A stretch of 63,231 nucleotides of DNA, counting the filler, from Basidiobolus ranarum (taxonomy: Eukaryota), in NCBI GenBank assembly GCA_040143965.1. It is 25 parts of 25 records of this genome, joined end to end, with 100 filler letters (N's around TTAATTAATTAA, not from the genome) between each part and the next. Parts side by side here need not be neighbours in the genome. Positions count along the whole stretch, not along the records: positions 22,868 to 25,303 come from JASJQH010010216.1; positions 25,404 to 27,838 come from JASJQH010010217.1; positions 27,939 to 30,373 come from JASJQH010010218.1; positions 30,474 to 32,905 come from JASJQH010010219.1; positions 33,006 to 35,437 come from JASJQH010010220.1; positions 35,538 to 37,968 come from JASJQH010010221.1; 19 more parts are not named here. One strand, written 5' to 3'. The first letter of the stretch is position 1. Each line of letters opens with the position of its first letter. Positions 24,174 to 35,709 of the stretch are shown here, piece by piece. The notes beneath the pieces are model-generated. The model was not told the origin of the DNA and ran no database searches. It saw only the letters and a program-made list of their open reading frames with translations. Both the position numbers and the translations under genes were made by a program.

Positions 24174-24828
24174 AGGTGATGTGAGAGACTGAGTTTGGGT
24201 GCTCGTACTTCTATAACTTAAAGCATGCTCTTTGAGTAACGTAGGCAAAATTGATATGTACGAACGGTTTTCAATCAAAACAAGACTAAATATAAAGCTA
24301 AAGCCCGATATTTTATAATTAAATAACTTGACAGAGTATTTTGTCTTAATACAAGAATGATGATTTCATAACCAGTACCAAGTCTTCTAGTTCCGTGTGT
24401 GCCTCTGCAATGTTGAGTCCACCAAATGATAATCGTTGCTAACAATCACACAAGCCCAAGTCATTCCATATACAACGAGGTCAGATTATATCCAGATCAT
24501 ACCAGTTTACTATTATATATGCCCATAATTCTTGGCACACAGAGCCAATTTCCATTCGACATTCGTGAATAGATAGATCAAATTGCTCAATGATTTTATG
24601 TACCTCTTAATTCCCAGTGGATGGTCATAAATGTTCGAAGCAAACGTCAGCAGTATGACGTTACAATTACCTACTAGAAAAAGTAATATCTACACTACGG
24701 TTGGCTAATCAAGAGGCTTGATTAAACCATTTCATCCGTTGGTGCAAATGTTGAAAGAGAAAATAACTAGTGACAAATATTTAACTTGAACAGCAACAAA
24801 GTAATTCAATTTAAAAATCTACCACAAA

Positions 24829-25173
24829 ATGGCTCTAAAAACCTTGACTTACGAGGTATTCGGTAGAGTACAAGGTAGGGTATATTATATTATAATACAA
24901 ATAATTTGTTAATCCTCGCTAACTACTTAATTAGGCGTTTGTTTTCGGCACTATACTTGTTCTAAAGCTAAAGAATTAGGACTTGTTGGTTATGTTCGTA
25001 ACACGAGTAGCGGCACAGTAGAGGGCGTAGCGCAAGGCGAAGAAAGCCAAATTATTAAGTTTTCACAATGGTTAAAAACTGAAGGCAGTCCTAGTTGCAG
25101 AATTGAACGTTGCAATCAACAATTTCAAGAGACCGACAAGTATGATTATGATACCTTTCAACAACGCAAATAA
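24829..25173 (+). CDS. Acylphosphatase, 2 exons (intron 24875-24934); absent from the ORF track
   Basis: The spliced product MALKTLTYEVFGRVQGVCFRHYT...LGLVGYVRNTSSGTVEG...GSPSCRIE carries the GRVQGVxFR and VRN signatures. Confidence 0.93.
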
Positions 25174-25403
25174 ATTCGGAAAATAGATACTTCGAAAGTT
25201 ACATCCCATTATCTTGTCGTAGTGGAAAACAGCATATACTTGTATTCTTATAATGGCCCTATTAAAAAAAATGCCTATCGAGTGTGATTGATAGCAGAAA
25301 CTCNNNNNNNNNNNNNNNNNNNNNNNNNNNNNNNNNNNNNNNNNNNNTTAATTAATTAANNNNNNNNNNNNNNNNNNNNNNNNNNNNNNNNNNNNNNNNN
25401 NNN

Positions 25404-26426
25404 TGTGGGCTCTCGATAAAATGCTTTACTACCAAGACATGTTGCTAGATTGACTAGTCGCCATTTTCGACTTTGTAGATATTCTATCACTTTTTGAATT
25501 AATGGTATGGTATTGGGGTAGTTTTCGGGTCTAAAATCAGCGGTGGTATTCCACACATCATGGTTAAGTGATATAAATTTGCCTACACTTGAGTTGGTCC
25601 CTGCAGTTTGATCAATATATGCCTGGTATGTTTGTGCTATGGAATTGGCAGGGTTCCAATCCACAGGATCTACATTCCAATTTACGACCGTATAGCCCAT
25701 ACGTTTGAGTAGTTTCAATGAGGTATTGTCGGTACTCCCATAAGGTGGACGTAGGCAGGTTGGTACCTTCCCAAGTATAGTTGCAAATGCATTGTTCAGA
25801 CGAGTTATTTCATAGGTAATATTGTATTCATTGACAGTGATGAGATTGATGTGACTCCAGGTGTGAGAGCAAATCTGGTGACCAGTGTTATAGGCCTTCT
25901 TGACAACATCAGCGAGTTGATAGATGCTTAAGATAGGATTCTGAGTGTTGTAACTTTTCCAGTTTAATCCGTTCATAAAGAAAGTTGCTTTCACATTCTG
26001 AGAATTGAGATAATTCAACAGTCCAGAGGTGAGTACACTTGGGCCATCATCGTAAGTGACTGCAAATGTTCCAGGAACAGAGCAACCAGTATTTACTGTA
26101 GCCAAAGTGCCATCATCGCAAGAGCCATATTGTGATTGACAGCTCGTCCCACAGTGATCAGTGGTATATCCACAAAATCCATGCTCACTGCAGCATAGCC
26201 TTGAATCACATTATACAATTCCTTTACCACAAGTTTGATCCAAATGGCGTACCGTTGCTGTTCTTTGGGGTGTGTTTACAACATTAGTGATTGTTGCCAC
26301 ACTTTTTTCTAGACCAGGGTCTAAATTTGTCCGTGATATCAAGCCTACGTGGATATTGGAATGCTTACTAATGTTTGCGCGAATAGTTGAGCAGGTGATA
26401 AAAAGAAGTATTACTTTTGGTAACAT
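25404..26426 (-). pseudogene. Secreted chitin deacetylase (CBM18 + CE4/NodB) with one in-frame TAA at 26211-26213; 3'-partial
   Basis: Signal peptide; CBM18 reads CGKGIV*CDSRLCCSEHGFCGYTTDHCGTSCQSQYGSC; CE4 motifs TYDDGP, HTWSH, RPPYG, DW and LNHD are intact. Confidence 0.85.
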
Positions 26427-27252
26427 GAGTTGAGAAACTATTGACAAGGAGTGAAGTTGGAAAGTTCAACGATTAATAGATATGTTGACGGTATATATAT
26501 AGCTTATTAGTATCTGGTGAGCACGAATAATCCAATTTTAGTATCACTCCAGAGTCAGTAAGTTGAGTATTATTGTTGACAAAGTAAAATCTATTGAAAA
26601 AATACACTAGAGCTACTAAATCTACATAGATTCGATGTACGTTATAAATGAAAGAAATAGATGATAAACAAATGTAAATACTCAGCACAATCATTATCAT
26701 TTATAACTACCATCCCTTACTTCTAGTCACTTGTAAACTACATTTGTACGAAATGCCTTCAGTAGAAAGCACATTTTATTCGACCATATTCTCTTATATA
26801 TATATATTCATGCTTTATGAAATTGACAATAACCAAATATATATTAGATCCTTTTCTTACTGAATTGATGTCACTTCTTATTAGAGTGAGTTACATAATA
26901 AGCTCTAATAAATACGATGATTTTGTCAAATGTATTTCCGCTATCTACTCCGTTTTAGAACTTCTGGTCACTCTTTTCATGCCTTCGCAAATGCAATCGG
27001 TAGAGATTATGACACCAGCATTAGGAAAGTAAATTCGTATATACATTAAACCAAAAAATAACAACTAGCTTGAGGCCTGCCAACTGTTATTGCGAAATAA
27101 ATAATCGAAGAAAATATAGAATCACTCGCCAACAAAGAAACAATCTAAGAACATGGCTTCTTAGAAGAATATCACTGTACATACATCCAAGATATTTAAT
27201 AAATCGAAATAATTAACAGTATATTTCCTCTGCGATTCGACCAATCATGAAG

Positions 27253-27334
27253 GGTGAGATGGCCGAGTGGTCTAAGGCGCTGCGTTCAGGTCGCAGTCTC
27301 TTCGGAGGCGTGGGTTCGAACCCCACTCTCATCA
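27253..27334 (+). tRNA. tRNA-Leu(CAG)
   Basis: Acceptor GGTGAGA/TCTCATC, anticodon arm CTGCG-TTCAGGT-CGCAG, long variable arm, GGTTCGAACC T-loop, downstream T-run. Confidence 0.95.
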
Positions 27335-27938
27335 TCTTTTTATTGGAGTAGTTAGGGCTTTTTGTTCAGTTAAACGTACTCTCACTTGACGAGCGAAATG
27401 AGTAGGTAGTCATCTGTTAGACACCAATTTGTGATGAAAGCACTACATATTTCAGCTTACCGAACAGGAAATTGTTTTTATATAAAAAACTCGAATCTGT
27501 CCCGTATATAACAATTACGAAGTCTTGTGCTCAGTTATATTATTGTAGTATTGTCATAGTAGTAGTCAAAGCTTTTCTCTCTTATTTCAGTGACACTTTA
27601 GCTTTATCTATTGTAGTTTCCTTCGCTGATTTAGAAGAAAAAACTTCCCAGATTGGTACTAATAATATAGTGTTCTAGATACTTGACTTTTTACTCCCAT
27701 TAATTGATGCCTGATATTTCATTGAACTCAAAGGATTGGCTATGTATTCGTGATTGACATCATAATAAATGTTTGTGTTGAATTTATCGCACTTTCGGCT
27801 ATTAGGCAGGTTACGAAGTGTCCGCTGTATTTGATACTNNNNNNNNNNNNNNNNNNNNNNNNNNNNNNNNNNNNNNNNNNNNTTAATTAATTAANNNNNN
27901 NNNNNNNNNNNNNNNNNNNNNNNNNNNNNNNNNNNNNN

Positions 27939-28044
27939 AAAATGTATAAATGCTTAATTTCTGGTCAATAAATAATTATCTCACAAAGCTATTCACAACT
28001 CCACTTTTCTAAAGTTCCTCCAAACAGCCCATATTTTCCCAATA
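27939..28044 (+). mobile_element. 3' end of LTR-A
   Basis: Reverse complement of ~1945-2040 and 46956-47025; ends ...TTTTCCCAATA. Confidence 0.8.
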
Positions 28045-28953
28045 GTACTGGAAGGGAAGGGGTATAATCTTGTGACCTTCCATGGAATATGATCATAAGG
28101 CTACAATGTGACCTACCATGACTAACCACTGGAACATTACACAACAGCTGAATAATACTGATTGATATCTAGATAAATGATAACTGATTTTACTGATAAT
28201 ACTGATTATTGCATAACTTAACTAATACTTGAGCTGCTATGAATAGCAAATCAGAACAGTACTATGCAACCCCCAAGTAGCTTTAGGTATAGTGAGGAAT
28301 GCCTGTCTAAAGTTAATGGAGAGCATGTTAGCAACAATTCAACATGTGTTTAGTTATCTTTCATATCTCGCAATCAGTTATTTGTTGTAAAATCGAGGCA
28401 TTAGTGCAAGGGGAACTCTTCGATGTTAGAGCATTTTATTTGTAACATTAAGAATTAGCCAAGCATACTTGAAAGTCATCTTGATCCTAGTAATGAATAA
28501 TCTAAGACTCCGACCAACATCAATTAACCCTTTTTGTAGATCAACTCTCATACCATTCAACTCTCCTACCATACCCAGGGGGGTTATCCAAATCGGCATA
28601 GCTGGTGTCTTCCCACCCCACACTAATAATGATGCATGTTGAAGATTCAAACTAGTTTGAGATTCGATTTTCTATTGGAATTAGATTGATGGCATTGGAG
28701 GAGCTAATATGTTACAACTAGCGAATACTTCACGACAGGATAGTTGTACTACTAAATAGTATCGATCTCATGCAGTTGTTTCTTACATATGAACTCAATT
28801 AGCGTAAAATATGGGCCATGTTTAGTAGTTACTTTACAGCCTATATGGCGATTTATTTATAATCTAGGGGTACATTGAGTAACTATTCAACTGAAAAGCT
28901 CAGCGAAAATCGAGTGAATGAATGAATTAATGATGAGACAAAATAACTAAAAC

Positions 28954-30373
28954 TTATAATTCATCGTGCTCAGGAACCTCCTCACCACCAGCGGCTCCAG
29001 CATCACTGTAAAGCTTGCTGGTAATAGGGTTAACAATAGCTTCGACTTCAGCCTTTTGTTCTTCAATATCTTCCTTGGTAGCAGAAGCAACATGTTCTTC
29101 GAGCCATTCAGTCTTGGCCTTGATAACACTCAAGATTTGTTCCTTATCTTCAGCAGAAATCTTACCACCGAGTTGGGTCTCATCAGAAACTTGGTTCTTC
29201 AAGGTGTACAAGAAGTTCTCGAAACCATTCTTGGCTTCGATACGCTCCTTCAATACTTTGTCTTCATCAGCGAATTCCTCAGCTTCACGAACCATACGTT
29301 CAATTTCTTCTTCGGAGAGACGAGATTTGTCGTTAGAGATGGTGATGGACTCAGACTTTCCGGTACCCTTATCGGCAGCGGAGACCTTGAGGATACCATT
29401 AGCATCGAGTTCGAAAGTAACTTCAATTTGGGGAACTCCACGAGCAGCTGGGGGAATACCAGTCAACTCGAATTTACCGAGGTGGTTGTTATCCTTGGTC
29501 AAAGGACGTTCACCTTCGAATACTTGGATCAAGACAGCGGGTTGGTTATCAACAGCGGTAGAGAAGATTTGAGTCTTCTTGGTGGGGACGGCAGTGTTAC
29601 GGGGGATGAGCTTGGTCATGACTCCACCGGTGGTTTCAATACCAAGGGTAAGAGGGTTAACATCCAAAACCAAAAGATCTTCACTACCAGCTTCACCAGA
29701 TAAGATACCAGCTTGAACAGCGGCACCGAAAGCAACAGCTTCATCAGGATTGATACCCTTGGAGGCCTTCTTTCCATCAAAGAAATCTTCAAGAAGCTTA
29801 ACAACCTTGGGGATACGAGTAGAACCACCAACAAGGACAACATCGTGAATATCGGACTTACTGAGACCAGCATCCTTGAGGACTTGTTCAACAGGCTTGA
29901 TAGTCTTCTTGAAAAGATCGTTGTTCAATTCTTCGAACTTGGCACGGGTAAGAGTTTCAGAGAAATCTTCACCAGCGTGGAAAGCTTCAATTTCAACACG
30001 AACGGACATTTGGGAAGAAAGAGTACGCTTAGCCTTTTCGACTTCACGCTTGAGTTTACCCATGGCCTTCAAATCCTTGGTAACATCCTTCTTGGTCTTC
30101 TTGCGGTACAACTTGGCGAAATAGTCAATAACACGGTTATCGAAATCTTCACCACCCAAATGGGTATCACCGGATGTGGCAAGAACTTCGAAAACACCAT
30201 CATCAATGGAAAGAAGGGAAACATCGAAGGTACCACCACCCAAGTCATAGACTAAGATATGGGTTTCACCTTGGGTCTTATCAAGACCATAAGCAATAGC
30301 GGCAGCGGTAGGTTCGGAGATAATACGGAGGACGGTAAGACCGGCAATAGTACCAGCATCCTTGGTGGCTTGA
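28954..30373 (-). CDS. KAR2: ER Hsp70 BiP, 5'-partial
   Basis: QATKDAG...[13 protein letters not shown]...[11 protein letters not shown]...[15 protein letters not shown] with C-terminal HDEL followed by TAA. Confidence 0.98.
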
Positions 30374-30909
30374 NNNNNNNNNNNNNNNNNNNNNNNNNNN
30401 NNNNNNNNNNNNNNNNNTTAATTAATTAANNNNNNNNNNNNNNNNNNNNNNNNNNNNNNNNNNNNNNNNNNNNTGAATGTGTGATAAAGTTCGCATTAAT
30501 TTTGATGTATATGTGGATGTATGCTCATATGATGATTGCACGTGACTCCGCTGATACTGCAGAAAACCGCACAACAAAAGCTTATTTACTTATTTAAATG
30601 GATTTAAATACAAAGAGCAAGCGTAACCAGTTTTTCAACTAGGTACATCTGGTTATATGGTAAGTAAAAACTTCTGAATATACATACACTTTATGGTAGT
30701 ATCTATAGAGATTCGATAGTTCGCTCCAATTCTATTCTATTGACCCCAATGATCTTACAGGCAGGAGACGCACTGATCCACAAACTCATCAACCGCCATA
30801 AGTAGAGTCAAGGCTAGATTCACTTCTCATATTCTTTTCTTGCCGCTTTTATTCTCAGCAGTTTAAGGGAATCTTTTTCTTTTGCTTCTAGTGTTGAACC
30901 TAATTAAGG

Positions 30910-31325
30910 CGAGACATGGAATTCTATGTAACATATAACGTGTTTCAACAATCTACTTTGTTTTATAGTACCGTTAGTTATTAAGGAAAATCCAGTAGCT
31001 AATTGTGAAACGAGTTAGCCTTGATTCACTCAAACTCGATATAACTAGTGTACTCCAATTTGTACAACGCCAACTGGATACTCATATTGAGATTCAATAG
31101 TATTATTGTGGAAGCGGTAAAAGGCTAATATGTTCTTGGTGTGATTATCAGTCAAAAATAAGTTATAAAAATCGCCTTTCCACTCGCAGTTCAGTATACA
31201 AACGTCCACTACACTCTGGAACCATCATCCGACATCTCCACTATCCAGTCTTTGACTAGATGCTATTCCGAAGAAAGCTCTCTACTGGGGTATCCGGCTT
31301 CAAGTTCGCTTATGCAAATAAACCA
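30910..31325 (+). ncRNA. Candidate short Pol II non-coding unit, type 2 (copy C)
   Basis: TATAAAA at 31164, TCAGT at 31191, leader identical to copy B, AATAAA at 31317. Confidence 0.3.
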
Positions 31326-31594
31326 GTATATTACTAGTGTTGGCCCACGATCCTGGCGCAATTTAACTCGTATAAGATAAATCTTCATGCTACTCCTAAT
31401 ATGGTGATAAATGTAAGTCCTGTTGAAATGGATTCTGATGGCATCATTAAAACTAAATATATTCTAGACACAGAGCAACATTAATGGGTAACAATCTGGG
31501 CGCATTAGTCCAACTTCCTGTAATGTGACTCGTTATGATACCCAGCGGTGTTAAAAATTCCACTCCAGCGTAGTCTATCACAGATGTCAAACTC

Positions 31595-31940
31595 CCTTAT
31601 TATGCATAATGAATTACTAGTGTGAATACTAATTGATGAACCCCAACCTATATATAAAGGCCACCTTCTATTTGTTGAGAAATTATACAAACATCCACTA
31701 CGCTCCTCAGGTATCTCTATTTCCAGATCTTAGGGTTCCTGGATCTTCAAGGAAAGCTCTCCAACCAAGGATTCTTTAGCTGTCTGTGGAAATGTAACAC
31801 CTTCTGTAGTCGATATAGTTTCGTAGAGTAGAGTCACGCTACTGCTGGACCTTTCTACTTCGGTTAATTGGGTTTTCATAGGCTATTAAGCAGTGTCACC
31901 GTAATTCTATTCTGAATAAAGGAATACTTGAAAAACTTCA
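31595..31940 (+). ncRNA. Candidate short Pol II non-coding unit, type 1 (copy D)
   Basis: TATAAA at 31653, leader TACAAACATCCACTACGCTC at 31686, CTATTCTGAATAAAGGAAT ending ~31925. Confidence 0.35.
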
Positions 31941-34900
31941 TATATGTTTTGAAGTGATATATTGCAACTTTCGATACTACTATCACTTATACGGAGCGAT
32001 ATATTGGTAATACCTGCAATTCGGATTTCTATTCATATATTTGTATTTGTGCGTATTCTATGAGTTACTCTAAATGTCAGCGCAACAGTAAAGCAACTAT
32101 GCTAATGACAGTATTGTTTTCACTATTTTACCCTTATTATACTGAGGAAAAAGTATCTTGTAATACACGTATGTGGTAAATAGAAATATTCTTTTATTTA
32201 CGGTTAATGAATAGAGCTGATGACAGCTAATATTGTCGGTGAACCTATGACAACCCTCGATAAGTTAAACAACCATAATATTATATCCGAATATGTATAA
32301 GCGTCAAATTGATAGAAATTCATCAATATCCGACACAAATCGCATTGTTCAAGCACAGATCATTGATCGAAAGCAGAAATGATTGAACTGAAGCTTATGA
32401 AGCATAGTCGATTAATTGTATTTACTATTTTGATCAGTAGTCACTATGTAAATACTGATAAAGGGAGCAGTCAGATTTTTAGGTCTAATGAATTCCAATT
32501 TAGAAGCATTCTTCTTTTTAAACTTCTGTAATTAAGGAACGTTACCAACTCAGCTGACAATACTGAAGGAACAACAATCCATCTATTCATAGTTATAATT
32601 CGGACATACTGCCTATTTCTGAACAATCTCTAATCAGGAGAGAAAGTCATGATTTTATGATACAAATATCGAAGAGATACCCCATTAGTAGCTGTTCCGA
32701 CCGCTGGGAGTAAAAACTCACGGGCATGACCACAGCTATAACCCTATTTTCAAGGTCCCAGAGGATATTAGTAAGTGAGCATAGTCTGCATAAACCAATT
32801 AGGGACAGTACTAGCCCTAAGGACCCATTAAAGATGGAAAAAGAAATTTTAGCCTGCATAGATGGTCACTTGTGGACTCGATTTGGGCATTGGCGGTCAT
32901 GTTTGNNNNNNNNNNNNNNNNNNNNNNNNNNNNNNNNNNNNNNNNNNNNTTAATTAATTAANNNNNNNNNNNNNNNNNNNNNNNNNNNNNNNNNNNNNNN
33001 NNNNNAAACAATGTATTTATGGAAGATTGGCATCCAGCACACACCAAATGTAGATGAAATCCGGTGTGATTGAGGAGGTGTCAATGCTGATTTTCAAAAG
33101 TGAGATACATGGGGCTGAGGATAGTCACTAACACTAAATGTCTTTTTCATCGAGGTATAACTGATGTCTTATGTGGTGGCTTCTCTGCCTGAAGTCGCAG
33201 CACTAATGCCGCTTACCATGATGAGCATGCGATGGAAAAGAAGAGATAGAAACTCAATCGTCTTTTCATGTCTGAGGTTCACGTACTAGTAGAGCATACT
33301 CACTCTGGCTCATCATCACTAATCTAAGATACGTAACAGGTTACACGAATATTTGGAGAATGCAGGCGTTACAATGGTGTCAAGGTGCTTGGGCTGTATT
33401 CGGATTCGATTTCGGACTAGTCCAGTCGATGCCATATCTGTATCAGTTCATAATTCTAATATGGTGATTATGGGTCTTGATTGGTTTAGCAGAAGGGGCC
33501 AATGGTTGCACCAACTACGTGCAGCTTCATATTCTACAAGAGCAATGCTCCCCCACCCTTCTACCCATCATTTGAATGGAGGGAAAATCATTCTTGTAGG
33601 AATACATACCTATGCTTTACAAAACCAATATCCGGCGGTAATATTTACTTCCGAGCGAGGGTTTTCCATCTCTTATGAAGGCTTGGAACTGCTTTCCTTC
33701 TCATAGAGCGAACTGGTTATTATTCTCATTGAACTCTGGCTTGTGAGGGAGGCTGTGGATTCAAGCTAATGGCACAGTTAATTGAATTCGCGCGTAGCTG
33801 TTGATCTAGGAATGGTAAAAGTGCAGAATAATAGATATTCTGCTCAAATAAAACATTGTCATCGGTTATCTCTGTTACATAGGGACCTCTTCCATACCAT
33901 CACTGGCGCTTAAATACGAGGTTTTCAATCAGAAAATCACCCTAAGGAGTGCTGTGTTAAAGTACTAGAATTGAAATATCCTCGTAGAGAAATTTATCAC
34001 ACAACGAATAGGAGTGATATTATCGATCTTGGTAATATCATAATTTATACAAATTGACAACAAAGTTAATTTGGATGATCGCAACTGTTTCGTTGAGTTA
34101 GTGACGGAGTTCAAATATACTTTCAACACAAATCAGTGACCATATGTATAGAAAATCCTTCTGGTAGTGATAGGTTTGCGATATCTACGAATGTTTCTTG
34201 ATGCTTCCAATAGATATTTGATAAGAATTTTGCAAAAAAGTGCTAGGAGAATTACATATCGAATACTGACATTCTTTGTGTTCAACTATCTTTCTGCCAA
34301 TATAAATATTAGCGCATACTCTGGTAATAGATGATAATATTCGAATGTATTTCCACCAAACCTATAGCAGGAAATTGCTGTGATGTTGGAAATGATTTTT
34401 CTAGCTTAAACTTTCTTAAGTATACATTGATCGTTCCTGTTATTCTATTATTGAAAATAAGAGGCTTCGTACCCGCAAAAAGCTAGTTGTCTAGTTAAGG
34501 CTAGTTAATGATAGAATGGCTATCTTGAACCTAAAATATATTTCACCAAGTGATGTTTTTGATCTCGGAGTTCATGCCGCTAGTAACTTATACTTCATGT
34601 AACTCCTTAGTAATACAACTAGGCATTTGGAGATGCATTGCTGGATGTTTACACGCTTTGTCATGGATGTAATATAGTTCTCTGATATCATACTATTTCA
34701 TACATTTAAGCTACATTTGGTCCAGTAGTACTTAATCCAATAGGGAGGTTATGGCACTGTCCAAATGAAAATTAGATTAGACTACTTAATACGAAGTTTC
34801 ACCCTAGCTTGGGCGGTCATATCTATATAGCCAATACCACTTTAGGAATTTAATAACTAGCGTTAGAGAACTTTGTGATATCCTAAGCTAATCATGAGAA

Positions 34901-35074
34901 TCGATCCATCACATACACCGTTTCTTATATTTACGTATGAACCGGCTTGAATATTGTTCTCATTGATACAATTCGGAACATGTGGCCGAACTGAGGAACT
35001 CTTTATTAGTCAAGCAAAATACAATGCTCGCTAATATTCTCCTCTCGGTTTGCTTCTCTACTCAATAAACCTAG

Positions 35075-35374
35075 ACTACATTCTGATCAAGAATTAGTTA
35101 ACAGTTTGAAGAGGAAATTCGGAGAAAATGCTGTTTTAGTATTAGGTGACTGGTCATCTGCGAATGTGAAATTTCATGAGTCAATTAGAGGGAAAGGAAT
35201 ACGACGTATGCTGCGAAAATCAGGGTTCAAAGTTCTGTTGTTGAACGAACTCCACACTTCAAGTTTTTGTCCCGAATGTGAGCTCTCAGAATTGGAAAAA
35301 TTCAAAACTATTCCAAACCCAAGAGTTTTTAGAAGAAAGAAGATGGCAACTTTAAAATGCCATGGTCTTTTAAG
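35075..35374 (+). CDS. Fanzor1-like (TnpB-derived) nuclease exon: RuvC-II and start of zinc finger
   Basis: SDQELVNSLKRKFGENAVLVLGDWS...KGIRRMLRKSGFKVLLLNELHTSSFCPEC...CHGLLR. Preceded by CTAG and followed by a GT...CTAAT...TAG intron (35375-35437). Confidence 0.75.
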
Positions 35375-35709
35375 GTACTGTCCGAGATACAAAAAGAGAG
35401 AAAAGAAAATGAAAGCTAATATTTTTTCGTCAAATAGNNNNNNNNNNNNNNNNNNNNNNNNNNNNNNNNNNNNNNNNNNNNTTAATTAATTAANNNNNNN
35501 NNNNNNNNNNNNNNNNNNNNNNNNNNNNNNNNNNNNNTTGAATGTGCAATAATGTCTAAAAGTACTTTTCTCAAATATACCACATAAGTAAAATAAACTG
35601 TTTCCAAAACGGTAAATAACATCATGCCGGATAGTGCCCAATCATGCCAATTTGTGCTGGCACACTTCTTAGCTGGCCTGATCTGGCTCAATAAAATGGA
35701 ACAAGTCTA

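Noticed and set aside
28966-30255. Long plus-strand ORFs opposite BiP
   Set aside because: Antisense shadow ORFs are a familiar result of Hsp70 codon bias; they contain no independent motifs.
33280-33500. Possible retropepsin remnant (...MVIMGLDWF)
   Set aside because: No intact D(S/T)G motif and the frames are broken; too weak to call.
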